Positions 29,704-39,763 of a DNA stretch of 64,000 bases are shown piece after piece; within the stretch, counting starts at the first letter, position 1; each line of letters starts with the position of its first letter. Below the pieces are notes generated by a model, which searched no databases, was not told where the DNA came from, and worked only from the letters and a program-made list of their open reading frames with translations. The position numbers and the translations under genes are program-made. This DNA is from Sedimentisphaerales bacterium. Its GTDB lineage: Bacteria; Planctomycetota; Phycisphaerae; Sedimentisphaerales; SM23-30. Location: the NCBI GenBank assembly GCA_963666285.1, contig OY762711.1. One strand, given 5' to 3'.

Positions 29704-32337
29704 TTATTTCCGCTCAGTTTCATTTGGTCTGAACGCACTCATGTACAGTTCCTTGATTTCTCCGATCAGCGGATACCTTGGATTACATCCGGTACACTGA
29801 TCGTCAAATGCCATCTCACTCAGCTCATCCAGAGACGTAGAAAATTCCTTATCGTCAACACCGGCATCATAGATACACATCGGGATATCCAGCTGTACCT
29901 TCAGATTATTGATAGCCTCGATCAGAGCATCTACCAGTTCATCATCGGTCTTGCCTTTCAGTTCCAGGTATCGGGCGACACGGGCGTAACGACTCTTGGC
30001 ATCCGGATATTCATACTGAGAAAACGCTGCCTGCTTAGTTGGATTGTCTGAGGCATTAAACTTGATCACTTCATTGATCAGTAATGCATTCGCCAAACCA
30101 TGCGGCAGATGGAAGCGTGCTCCAAGTTTGTGTGCCATAGAATGACAGATTCCAAGGAACGCATTTGCAAAGGCCATACCGGCCATAGTTGCGGCATTGT
30201 GTACTTTTTCGCGGGCCTGGACATCGTTCATGCCGTTGGTATATGCCTTAGGCAGATACTTAAACAGTATGCGAATTGATTCCAGGGCCATCGCATTAGT
30301 ATAGTCTGTTGCGGTAACAGCTACCATCGCTTCCAGGGCATGAGTAAGTGCATCAATACCAGAAAAAGCTGTAAGCGATTTCGGCATACTCATCACCAGG
30401 TCGGCATCACAGATAGCAATATCAGGAGTCAGCTCATAGTCGGCTATCGGGTACTTCTTGCCGGTGGCATCGTCTGTTACAACCGCAAACGGGGTAACCT
30501 CACTGCCGGTACCTGATGTGGTCGGTATCGCTACCATAGTAGCCTTGCGACCCAGTTCTGGGAACTTGAATACTTTCTTACGCATATCCATAAAACGCAT
30601 TGCGATATCTTCAAATTCTACGCCAGGCGCTTCATACATCAGCCACATAATCTTGGCCGCGTCCATCGGACTGCCGCCGCCGACTGCTATGATCACATCC
30701 GGGTCAAATGTCTGCATGCGTTTAACACCGGCAAGTGTAGTGGTTATATCCGGGTCTGGTAATACATCGTAAAATACATCTGTTTCAATGCCCATGCCGT
30801 CAAGAATGTCTGTAACCTTATCAACAATACCGAGGTCAAACAGTGGCTTGTCAGTTACAACAAACGCCTTCTTTTTACCTGCCAGGTCGCCCAAAGCTAC
30901 CGGCAGACAACCGCGTTTGAAGTAGATCTTTTCCGGAACGCGGAACCATAGCATATTTTCACGACGTTCTGAAATTGTCTTGATGTTCAGCAGGTGTTTG
31001 ACACCTACGTTTTCACTTACTGCGTTTCCGCCCCAGCTGCCGCAGCCAAGAGTCAAAGATGGTTCCAGGCGGAAATTATATATATCGCCAATAGCTCCCT
31101 GGCTGGACGGCTGATTGATCAGTACCCTGCCGGTATCCATCATCTCGCCAAACTGCTCGATACGGTCAACATTCTTAAGATCGGTATATAAAACTGCGGT
31201 ATGACCTCTTCCGCCAAACTGGACCAGCTCTTCTGCCTTGGCAAATGCTGCCTGATAGTCTTTTGCCTTGTACATAGCCAATACCGGAGAAAGCTTCTCG
31301 ATACTGAAAGCTTCATCTGTACCAACTTTTTCTACTTCTCCGATCAGCACCTTGGTTTTGTCCGGCACTGTAATACCTGCTAATCCAGCAATCTTAACAG
31401 CAGGCTGGCCAACAATATTTGCATTAAGCTTACCATCATGTGCAATTACCTTTCTAACTGCATCTTTTTCCTTGTTATTCAGAATATATGCTCCCCGTTT
31501 GAGGAACTCATCTCTAACAGCATTATAAACTTCTTCTGCGACAACGACTGATTGCTCTGATGCACAAATCATACCGTTATCGAAAGTTTTACTGACAAGG
31601 ACAGAGTTTACAGCCATCGGGATATTCGCTGTCTCATCTATTACCGCCGGGGTATTACCGGCACCAACACCTATAGCCGGTTTACCGGAAGAGTAAGCGG
31701 CGTGAACCATTCCCGGCCCGCCGGTCGCCAGTACCATATCTACATTCGCCATCAAATATTTGCTCGCTTCGACTGACGGCTCATCTATCCATGCGATTAT
31801 GTCTTTAGGGGCTCCCGCCTTAACCGCGGCATGTAAAACTAACTTCGCCGCCTCGATTGTACATTTTTTCGCACGTGGATGTGGTGAAAAGATGATCGCA
31901 TTTCTGGTTTTCAAAGCAATTAAAGACTTGAAAATGGCGGTAGATGTAGGGTTAGTGGTCGGCACCACACCAGCCAAAACACCTATTGGTTCGGCAACCT
32001 TACGGATACCAAACGTTTCATCTCTCTCTATGATCTCACACGTTGGGACATTTTTAAACTTGTTATAAATAAACTCACTGGCAAAATGGTTTTTTATTAC
32101 TTTATCCTCGGCAATACCCATCTGGGTTTCTTCGGCAGCGGCCTTCGCTAATGGAATTCTCATGGAGTTTGCTGCCATCGCCGCCTCCTTGAATATGGTA
32201 TCTACCTGCTGCTGGTTGAACTTGGAATATTCCTTCTGGGCCTTCCGAACCCTGGCGACCAGTTCAGCCAGTTTTTCGGTTACGGTTGGTTCGGCTGCCT
32301 TCTCTTTCTTTTTTGTTAATGTCTTTGCTGTTGTCAT
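29704..32337 (-). CDS. adhE: Bifunctional acetaldehyde-CoA/alcohol dehydrogenase
   Basis: 877 aa; PTTNPTST, FDNGMICASEQ, GCGSWGGN, GGGSPMD, HSMAHKLG. Confidence 0.97.
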   Translation of the reverse strand: MTTAKTLTKKKEKAAEPTVTEKLAELVARVRKAQKEYSKFNQQQVDTIFKEAAMAANSMRIPLAKAAAEETQMGIAEDKVIKNHFASEFIYNKFKNVPTCEIIERDETFGIRKVAEPIGVLAGVVPTTNPTSTAIFKSLIALKTRNAIIFSPHPRAKKCTIEAAKLVLHAAVKAGAPKDIIAWIDEPSVEASKYLMANVDMVLATGGPGMVHAAYSSGKPAIGVGAGNTPAVIDETANIPMAVNSVLVSKTFDNGMICASEQSVVVAEEVYNAVRDEFLKRGAYILNNKEKDAVRKVIAHDGKLNANIVGQPAVKIAGLAGITVPDKTKVLIGEVEKVGTDEAFSIEKLSPVLAMYKAKDYQAAFAKAEELVQFGGRGHTAVLYTDLKNVDRIEQFGEMMDTGRVLINQPSSQGAIGDIYNFRLEPSLTLGCGSWGGNAVSENVGVKHLLNIKTISERRENMLWFRVPEKIYFKRGCLPVALGDLAGKKKAFVVTDKPLFDLGIVDKVTDILDGMGIETDVFYDVLPDPDITTTLAGVKRMQTFDPDVIIAVGGGSPMDAAKIMWLMYEAPGVEFEDIAMRFMDMRKKVFKFPELGRKATMVAIPTTSGTGSEVTPFAVVTDDATGKKYPIADYELTPDIAICDADLVMSMPKSLTAFSGIDALTHALEAMVAVTATDYTNAMALESIRILFKYLPKAYTNGMNDVQAREKVHNAATMAGMAFANAFLGICHSMAHKLGARFHLPHGLANALLINEVIKFNASDNPTKQAAFSQYEYPDAKSRYARVARYLELKGKTDDELVDALIEAINNLKVQLDIPMCIYDAGVDDKEFSTSLDELSEMAFDDQCTGCNPRYPLIGEIKELYMSAFRPNETERK

Positions 32338-32653
32338 AATATACTCTCCTGTTAAAAAAATCTATCTACTCTATGAAACAATCTAATCGTTATTTCTATA
32401 TCAATAATAATATACCAACGGCGAACTGTCAATCTATTTGATAAAAAGATATCGATATATTTTTACCGATTAATGAAAGGGTACGTATAATTACTTATAA
32501 AAAAACAACTTAAAAAATAGAGAAATTTTTGACAATTTTTTAATTTTCTCGACATATATAACTATGGGCAAATATAAAATCAACCCTAAAGCTTGAAAGA
32601 CCGATAATTAAAAATCGTATAAGTAGATAAAAAATAAAGATTTATATAACGAA

Positions 32654-33682
32654 TTACTTTCTGCTGCCATTAAAGAATTCCGGATATATATCCATATTCT
32701 TATTAGCTGCCCCACTTCTATCAAACAGATTACCCCAGCGAGGTGAAGTTGCTTCCCAGATAAAAGTTCCCCAACCATTCTCGTTTGGAAGACCTCTGAC
32801 AATTTCATTGACCTCTTTTCTGTAATATTGATATTCAACTACAATTATGGGCTTCTTATAGCGGTCGGCTAAATCGGTCAAATTGCTCTTTAGATCTTCA
32901 AGTGTGCCATGGTGTTCCGGGTAATATGACTGGCCAATTACGTCAAATTCTATCCCGTGCTTTTTGATCATATCAAAAAAACTGATAGAACTTTCCTTCT
33001 GGCCTCCCTTGGCAATATGCACCATTATTTTTATACCAGGGTCGGCATCTCGAACACCGGCAATAGCCCGCCGCAGCAGATTACAAAATGTATCCGTTGA
33101 TTTTCCCATTTTCCCCTGTGGCCAGAGCATACCATTATGAATTTCATTTCCGGTCTGCACCATATCCGGCTTCACCCCCTCTGCAATAAACCGCTTAATC
33201 ACATCATTGGTATACTCGTATATTTTTGACTCAAGTTCTGCATCGCTAAGATTCTTCCACCCGGACGGCGTAAACTGCTTGCCCGGATCGGCCCAGGTAT
33301 CGCTGTAGTGAAAATCGAGCAGAAACTTCATCCCGACAGCCTTAACACGTTTGGCCATTACTATGGTATGTTCCAGATCGCAATACCCCTGTTTCGAATA
33401 GCCATTTTCTGCTTTGGGATCAACAAACAAACGCAGCCTAATCCAGTTGAATTTATTATCTGCCAGTATCTGCAGGGCGTCTTTTTTCTCTCCGCCATCC
33501 GAAAAAACCATCCCCCTATCTTCCTGAGATTGAAGCCAGGAAACATCTGCCCCTATAATCGGCCTGGCACATTTCACATTATCACCCTGCTTTTCCTCAC
33601 GGTCAACCTGCCGGGCATAAATAAATGAAACAATAAACACCAGCACCAGAAAACTACGCCATTTATTTCCTGCATTTAGCAT
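32654..33682 (-). CDS. GH53 endo-beta-1,4-galactanase
   Basis: GADVS, IRLRLFVDP, LDFHYSDTWADPGKQ, VQTGNE, SYYP; signal peptide. Confidence 0.93.
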   Translation of the reverse strand: MLNAGNKWRSFLVLVFIVSFIYARQVDREEKQGDNVKCARPIIGADVSWLQSQEDRGMVFSDGGEKKDALQILADNKFNWIRLRLFVDPKAENGYSKQGYCDLEHTIVMAKRVKAVGMKFLLDFHYSDTWADPGKQFTPSGWKNLSDAELESKIYEYTNDVIKRFIAEGVKPDMVQTGNEIHNGMLWPQGKMGKSTDTFCNLLRRAIAGVRDADPGIKIMVHIAKGGQKESSISFFDMIKKHGIEFDVIGQSYYPEHHGTLEDLKSNLTDLADRYKKPIIVVEYQYYRKEVNEIVRGLPNENGWGTFIWEATSPRWGNLFDRSGAANKNMDIYPEFFNGSRK

Positions 33683-33786
33683 AATAACATTCCTTTATCA
33701 TACAACTCAAGATATCTCCATATTGATTCTACTCCATTTTGCATGGAAATTCCCTGCTTTGCAACAAATAATAGATCACAATCCAT

Positions 33787-33820
33787 AAAAAAAACCGGAA
33801 CCTCTTTTGAGATTCCGGCT
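33787..33820 (-). terminator. Intrinsic terminator after the LamG gene
   Basis: CCGGAA..TTCCGG hairpin; the flanking A-run reads as a U-tract on the minus strand. Confidence 0.6.
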
Positions 33821-33851
33821 TCACATACAATTATAAAATTTTCAGCTAAAA

Positions 33852-36089
33852 CTACTGAGCCGGATAAAAACCGTCATTCAGCCAGTTAGCTGCAAATGCA
33901 GCAAAGTCCATAATATCAATCCTGCAATAGGAGGAACCAGAATTAACTACATTGAATATATCACCATCGAAACTTCCCATACAGGCAGGATTACCTGTCA
34001 TATCAAAGTATTCCTGGCCGATATCTTCTGGAGTAATCTGATAGTTATAAACTCTCAGGGCATCAATCTTGCCATCAAAATAATTACCTGTTTCAAATGC
34101 GCCGATTATGGTGTCGTTAGTCCATAAGCTGAACTCGTTCGGCGTACAGCTTCCGGAAGCTACCAGGCTACCGTCTACATATGAATAAATCGAACCATTC
34201 ATATCCCAGGTAACTGCCAGCATATGCCACTGGTCATCCCCTGCCATATTAAATTTATCGCCATCATAAGTTGGTCGCCATGACTGCCAGTAAACCAGGC
34301 CTTCCTGATCTCCCCACTCATATGACTGCAAATTAGTATAAGTAGCAGGATCATCAGATTCTATAGCCAGCTGGAACTGGGTAACTGGCCAGCCGGTATT
34401 TGTGTTAGCCAAAATAGCACCTTGAGTTACAGGAGCTGAGTTTAGCTTCACCCAACATGTTACTGAGCCAACATCCAAACCGCCGCCTATGCCGCCAACT
34501 GCGTCAAGACCGGCATTGGGATAACCTCCGCCAACATAAACATCATCTTCTGTACTTTCGTCATCTTCGCCATAAATTGTATAACCTTCTATCTGTACAT
34601 ACTGATCTACACCATTCAGAACGAGAGCGGAAGAACCTTCGATACTGTCACCGGATACTGCTGCTGCTCCATTTACCCCTGTACCGTTATTGCCTTCGCC
34701 ACTACTGTCATTCAGATTACCCTCGAACAGATATTCTGCGACTTTTCGTTCGATAACACAACCGACAATATCAGAATACAAGTCAGGATCGGTTCCGCCA
34801 TCAGATATTGTTGAAGCATTTGAAACTCTACAGTAGAAGTAAGCCTGGTAAGCCTTATGATACAAACCTATAGTAAGCGTATCAGTATTGCCGCCGGAAC
34901 CCGATCCTATTTGAGTATCACCTTCATCAATAACACTATCAAGAGAATAGTACCATTGGTAATGAGGGGTCGAAGCACTTGACACTTCAATTGTAAACGT
35001 TGGATTTGGCCCGCCAATAGGGAATCTTGCACTAACCGGCTGAGTAATAATTTCAGGTGCCAGACTTAATGCGTTAAAGTCCCAGGTTGTACTGCGGATA
35101 TTGCCTTCTGCCAAATCGTCGATTGTGCTGACATTTTCGATTAAAGTCTGCTCGAAACCATCTATCGCTTCTGCTACTATCCACTGGTATTTGGTATTGC
35201 TTGGAATAGTAATCGGGCCAAACTGCGATGCAGGGTCAGTCAACCCGGGATCTTCACCGGTTTTACCAATATAATATATATTTGGATCTTCAAGGTTACC
35301 GCTTGTCAGAAATACATACTGATCAACAATATCAGGGAGAATCGGATATGTACTATCATTCGGGTCATTTCCTGCCATCCAGTGGAAAGTTACATCAACA
35401 TACATTGGATCTGCATTAAACACCTGCTCAACTGATGGATCGTATGCGGCATATTCACTAATAGGCCCTTCTGGATAAATCCAGACATTATCAATATATA
35501 CTGTAGCAGCAGAGCCTTCAACTGTATTAAAACCAAAACCAAAATTAGCACCCCAGCCATCAGCATCAATAGAAGCCTGAAAGGCCTCTTTCATTGCATC
35601 ATGAACCTCAAAATAATACGTGTGAGGTACTCCGTCAGTTATCAAAAACTGCCAAAGCTGATAATCCCAGCTGCTTTCGCCATTACTTGTACTATGAAAC
35701 AAACCTATCTGAGATTCGCCACTTGATCCTGGCACATCTGCATCAAAAGCAGTTACATCTACAGCAATAACAGATTTTTCTGCTACGACAGCCAGGGCAG
35801 TTGCCCATTTTTCTTCCTGGGTAGTTCCTCCATAATCTTTTGTCGCTGTAGCACCACCCCAACCCCAAACGCCTGCTGGAATCGAAATTTTCAATGAATG
35901 GGTACCTCGGGTAACTCCTTTTGTTGTATCATCAACAAAAACAGTATCAGTTCCAAGTTCCCACCAGTTATCATACCTGTTATCATCACCTGTTTTGCCA
36001 TTTTCAAAATCGCCTACCAGTACAGGCTCCAAAGCTGCAAAACTGCAGGAAGCAAAAACGGCAATAATTACCAACAATAATCGTTTCAT
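33852..36089 (-). CDS. Secreted multi-domain protein: CBM-like N-domain, Ig domain, LamG-like domain, dockerin-like C-terminus
   Basis: Signal MKRLLLVIIAVFASCSFA; PEIITQP..YQWY..YCRVSN (Ig); WVK..QWHMLAVTW..FDGKIDALRVYN (LamG); CRIDIMDFAAFAANWL. Confidence 0.82.
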   Translation of the reverse strand: MKRLLLVIIAVFASCSFAALEPVLVGDFENGKTGDDNRYDNWWELGTDTVFVDDTTKGVTRGTHSLKISIPAGVWGWGGATATKDYGGTTQEEKWATALAVVAEKSVIAVDVTAFDADVPGSSGESQIGLFHSTSNGESSWDYQLWQFLITDGVPHTYYFEVHDAMKEAFQASIDADGWGANFGFGFNTVEGSAATVYIDNVWIYPEGPISEYAAYDPSVEQVFNADPMYVDVTFHWMAGNDPNDSTYPILPDIVDQYVFLTSGNLEDPNIYYIGKTGEDPGLTDPASQFGPITIPSNTKYQWIVAEAIDGFEQTLIENVSTIDDLAEGNIRSTTWDFNALSLAPEIITQPVSARFPIGGPNPTFTIEVSSASTPHYQWYYSLDSVIDEGDTQIGSGSGGNTDTLTIGLYHKAYQAYFYCRVSNASTISDGGTDPDLYSDIVGCVIERKVAEYLFEGNLNDSSGEGNNGTGVNGAAAVSGDSIEGSSALVLNGVDQYVQIEGYTIYGEDDESTEDDVYVGGGYPNAGLDAVGGIGGGLDVGSVTCWVKLNSAPVTQGAILANTNTGWPVTQFQLAIESDDPATYTNLQSYEWGDQEGLVYWQSWRPTYDGDKFNMAGDDQWHMLAVTWDMNGSIYSYVDGSLVASGSCTPNEFSLWTNDTIIGAFETGNYFDGKIDALRVYNYQITPEDIGQEYFDMTGNPACMGSFDGDIFNVVNSGSSYCRIDIMDFAAFAANWLNDGFYPAQ

Positions 36090-36236
36090 TTTAATTGCCT
36101 CTCTCAAAGAAAAATTAATAAACACTACGACACAATTCAATAAGACATGCATACAGAAATCTTATAAAAACAAATTTTGGCTGGAAAAATATAGGCAGCC
36201 CGCAATTACAATGCAGACTGCCTTTCATATTTAATT

Positions 36237-36899
36237 TTAACTGCGTTTTCTGATAAGAGCCAGGCCGCCAAGGCTCAACATTACCATTGTTGCCGGTTCT
36301 GGAACTATCTGAACATTGTCAATATAATAGGTTATCTCACCATCAAATACTTTAACGGTACCTGAAATATCATCATAAACTGTTCCTGCTGAATTGCCAA
36401 TAAAACCAACGTTTAGCCAGCTTCCTTCTTCAACTGCTAAAACGTTAGCCATACCGTCTGCAGTAAGATCAAATGTTACTGTTTGTGTCTGGCCAAGTAC
36501 CAGATCCTGCCAGCCATAAGAATTCCATTCTACTCCCGAATTAATCAGAAGACCTAGCTGACACCATTCTGCTGTTTCTTCAGTGGCTATAGGAGTAACA
36601 TCTATTATTACCTGGCCATAGGTGCCTAATGTTGACTGCAAAGCTGTGTCAATATCAAATAGACCTACTTCGGCAATTTCAACCCATCCGCCATTTGCAA
36701 TTACACCTTTCATAGAATAATCGCCTAGAGTAGCATATTCTTCTACTGACGTAGCTGAATCTCCTGCATTCCACGCTGCTCCATACCAGGGAGATATATC
36801 GCCGCCTTCAAAATCGCCAATTACAACATTACCATAACCGGCAGATACCATCAAACCGAGACACATAAGCAAAACAACTTTAAATCCTATTTTACTCAT
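36237..36899 (-). CDS. PEP-CTERM surface protein with CBM-like domain
   Basis: Signal peptide; C-terminal VPEPATMVMLSLGGLALIRKRS. Confidence 0.9.
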   Translation of the reverse strand: MSKIGFKVVLLMCLGLMVSAGYGNVVIGDFEGGDISPWYGAAWNAGDSATSVEEYATLGDYSMKGVIANGGWVEIAEVGLFDIDTALQSTLGTYGQVIIDVTPIATEETAEWCQLGLLINSGVEWNSYGWQDLVLGQTQTVTFDLTADGMANVLAVEEGSWLNVGFIGNSAGTVYDDISGTVKVFDGEITYYIDNVQIVPEPATMVMLSLGGLALIRKRS

Positions 36900-37084
36900 C
36901 CTATAAACCTCCTAAAAATAAAGTGTTAAAAAAAATACGCATAGAATTGCAAATAAACATTCATAGATATACCATTATTCTAATGACACCTGACTGCTTT
37001 TAGAACGCCAAATTTGTCATATTTTCCGCCAATTAATACACATATTACTTGAATTAGCCATTATTGATAAGTTATAATAATACA

Positions 37085-38266
37085 ATGAATAAGAGTTATA
37101 AAGTCGCGTTATTACTTGACACTTCCCGTCATTATGGCAGAAAATTAACCGAAGGTATTATCCGGTATTCTCAGTTATATGGACCATGGTCTTTTTACAT
37201 TGACGACCAGTTTTACTTGAACTGGCCTTCTAAAAACAACCTGTCTTACTTAAAAAAATGGGGAGTTAGCGGCATAATAACGCGAGACTTTCAGGAAGCC
37301 AATCATCTGCTGGAACTGGAAGTGCCTATTATTACCGCAAGAAATCACGGATACTTAGAGACACCTGTCCAAATCCGAACCGCTGATTCCAGGATCGGTT
37401 TTATGGCTTTTAATTTTTTCTGGAATAAAGGCTTAAAAGAATTCGCATTTTGCGGATTCTCCAATATGCCGTGGTCTGAAAAAAGACAGAAAGGCTATCT
37501 AAAAGCAGCAAAGGACCTCGTATCAAAACCTGAAATTTTTAACTCACCTTCTTCCAACAGAATGCTGCAAAGAAATAAAGAATATACAAATCTTGCCGAA
37601 TGGTTAAAACAATTGCCGAAACCGATTGGCATCTTCTGCTGCAATGATGACAGGGGATACGATGTAATTGAATGCTGCCGCCAGGCAAACCTGAAAGTGC
37701 CATACGAAATCGCCGTTCTCGGTGCTGACAATGACAGCCTTGTCTGCAACCTGTCAAACCCAAAACTGTCAAGCATACTGATTGATGTTGAGCAGGCAGG
37801 CTATGAAACCGCAACGAATCTTCACAAACTCATGAACGGTGAAAACGTAAGCGACTGTGATATTATTGCAAGACCGATCAATATCTCGGAAAGACACTCT
37901 ACTGATATTATGGCTATCGAAGATATTTCGGTCAAATCTGCCCTGCAGTTTATCCAGGAACAGGGCCAGAAACTCATACAAACCGAAGACGTAGCCTCTT
38001 TTGTCGGAATCTCGCGAAGAAGCCTGGAGTGCAGGTTTCAAAAGGCACTTGGCCATTCTGTGTTTGCCGAGATACGCCGCAACAGAATCGAAAAAATATG
38101 CAAACTGCTGATCGATACCGATCTCGCTATTTCAGAAATTGCTCTTCTGCTTGGCTATAACGACTCAGATCATATCGCACGCTTTTTCAAAAAAGAAAAA
38201 GAAATGACACCAAAACAGTTTAGAAATCTTCACGGCATGAAAAAGCATCTCGATAAAGACATATAA
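37085..38266 (+). CDS. XylR-type regulator (sugar-binding domain + AraC HTH)
   Basis: YGRKLTEGI, LPKPIGIFCCND, VLGADND, SRRSLECRF, C-terminal AraC HTH. Confidence 0.9.
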   Translation: MNKSYKVALLLDTSRHYGRKLTEGIIRYSQLYGPWSFYIDDQFYLNWPSKNNLSYLKKWGVSGIITRDFQEANHLLELEVPIITARNHGYLETPVQIRTADSRIGFMAFNFFWNKGLKEFAFCGFSNMPWSEKRQKGYLKAAKDLVSKPEIFNSPSSNRMLQRNKEYTNLAEWLKQLPKPIGIFCCNDDRGYDVIECCRQANLKVPYEIAVLGADNDSLVCNLSNPKLSSILIDVEQAGYETATNLHKLMNGENVSDCDIIARPINISERHSTDIMAIEDISVKSALQFIQEQGQKLIQTEDVASFVGISRRSLECRFQKALGHSVFAEIRRNRIEKICKLLIDTDLAISEIALLLGYNDSDHIARFFKKEKEMTPKQFRNLHGMKKHLDKDI

Positions 38267-38283
38267 AACGCACTTGGAGCACT

Positions 38284-39180
38284 TTAATATTGCTCGTATA
38301 TCTGCTGTTTACGGTAGTGGTCAGGCGCTATCCCTACAGTCTTTTTGAAAAGCCGGGAAAAATAAAATTCATCACAAAAACCAACTTGGTGAGCGATGCC
38401 GTAAAGTGTTTCATCAGTACCAAGTAACAATTCTTGTGCTTTTTCGATCCGCCGCTTGTTGATAAACTGTAATGGCGGTATCCCCATTAGCTTACGAAAC
38501 AAATTGGAAAAGTAGGTTGGATTCAAATTGGCTAGTTTTGCCAGTTCCGGAATTGTAATTGGTTCTTCCAGGTGATCCTGTATATATTCAAATACTTTAT
38601 CGAAACGCTTCAGGCCGTGCAATGTATTTTGAACCTGTAAAAAACTGTGGTCTGACAAAAATGCAGACAGAAGCATACGGATAATCGCATTTGACTCGAG
38701 CAGATTTCCGGGCGATTTACCCTTGTCAAGATGGGCGGCTCTGTCAAAAACCTGGGTATAGATCGGTTTGTTCGCATCATAATCCACAAGCTCTTTACCT
38801 GGATTTAGCTGCAAAAGCCGTTCAAAAAGATGCTTCCCAATTGAATTGTCGCTTTCGTCTACCTGGTAGCTGCACTGGAATAACGAAAGAATGTCCAGCC
38901 CGGTTTGAAGCCTGGAGGTGAAATGCACGTAAAAATGTGTAAAGTGTTCCGGACAGAATAAGTTCACCGTTGTATAGCATGGTACCAGGTAGATACTGCC
39001 CGGCACAAGCTCAAATTCGCGTTCATGATGGCGAATTACACCATATCCCTCCGTTATATAGTAAATCCTTGAATATGGGTTACTTATCTTTTGATAGTTC
39101 CATTCTTCACCAACTGTATACAGCTCTATGTTCAGAATGGTTATATCAAGAAAATCTATTATATTCTTTAGGCCTATCAT
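38284..39180 (-). CDS. AraC family transcriptional regulator
   Basis: Cupin-like N-terminus; LNPTYFSNLFRK..RIEKAQELL..VGFCDEFYFSRLFKK. Start uncertain (39180 or 39216). Confidence 0.9.
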   Translation of the reverse strand: MIGLKNIIDFLDITILNIELYTVGEEWNYQKISNPYSRIYYITEGYGVIRHHEREFELVPGSIYLVPCYTTVNLFCPEHFTHFYVHFTSRLQTGLDILSLFQCSYQVDESDNSIGKHLFERLLQLNPGKELVDYDANKPIYTQVFDRAAHLDKGKSPGNLLESNAIIRMLLSAFLSDHSFLQVQNTLHGLKRFDKVFEYIQDHLEEPITIPELAKLANLNPTYFSNLFRKLMGIPPLQFINKRRIEKAQELLLGTDETLYGIAHQVGFCDEFYFSRLFKKTVGIAPDHYRKQQIYEQY

Positions 39181-39763
39181 AAACTCAACTATAGCATTAA
39201 TCTGTAAAATGTCCATGACATTCTGTAAATCATATATGTTTCTTGTTTGAATCTATTTGTATAATAACTGCTTACTTCTAATGTTATTAACTATGCTCGT
39301 TATCAAAGGTACATGGAAATAAATATCAGTAAACTAATATTTATAAGTCTGAGTTATATTAATAATAGTAATTACTAAACTTTTGTGTTCTGGAGGTCAT
39401 CGTGCGAATTAAAAAATTAACAAATGGTTTCACTCTGATTGAGTTATTGGTGGTTATTTCAATTATTGCTCTTCTGGTTAGTATTCTTATGCCCGCTTTA
39501 AATAAAGCCAAACAGCAGGCATATATCTCTGTCTGCACATCAAATGAGAAGCAAATACTTACTGCATGGATAATGTATGCAGATGCTAATGAAGACAACC
39601 TGGTAAACCCGTTTACAAATGCGATAGTTGCAAATTGGAATCCTACCAACGATAAAGATCATTGGGTAGGTTCACCTATCAATGATAACGGAAATTCTTT
39701 TGATTCTTATAGTGCAAGTACAGAAGAAGAAAAAATTCGAGGAATTAAAGTTGGTGCCCTCTA

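Noticed and set aside
32340..32600. Rex operator upstream of adhE
   Set aside because: No convincing TTGTGAA-N4-TTCACAA match; only weak AT-rich symmetry.
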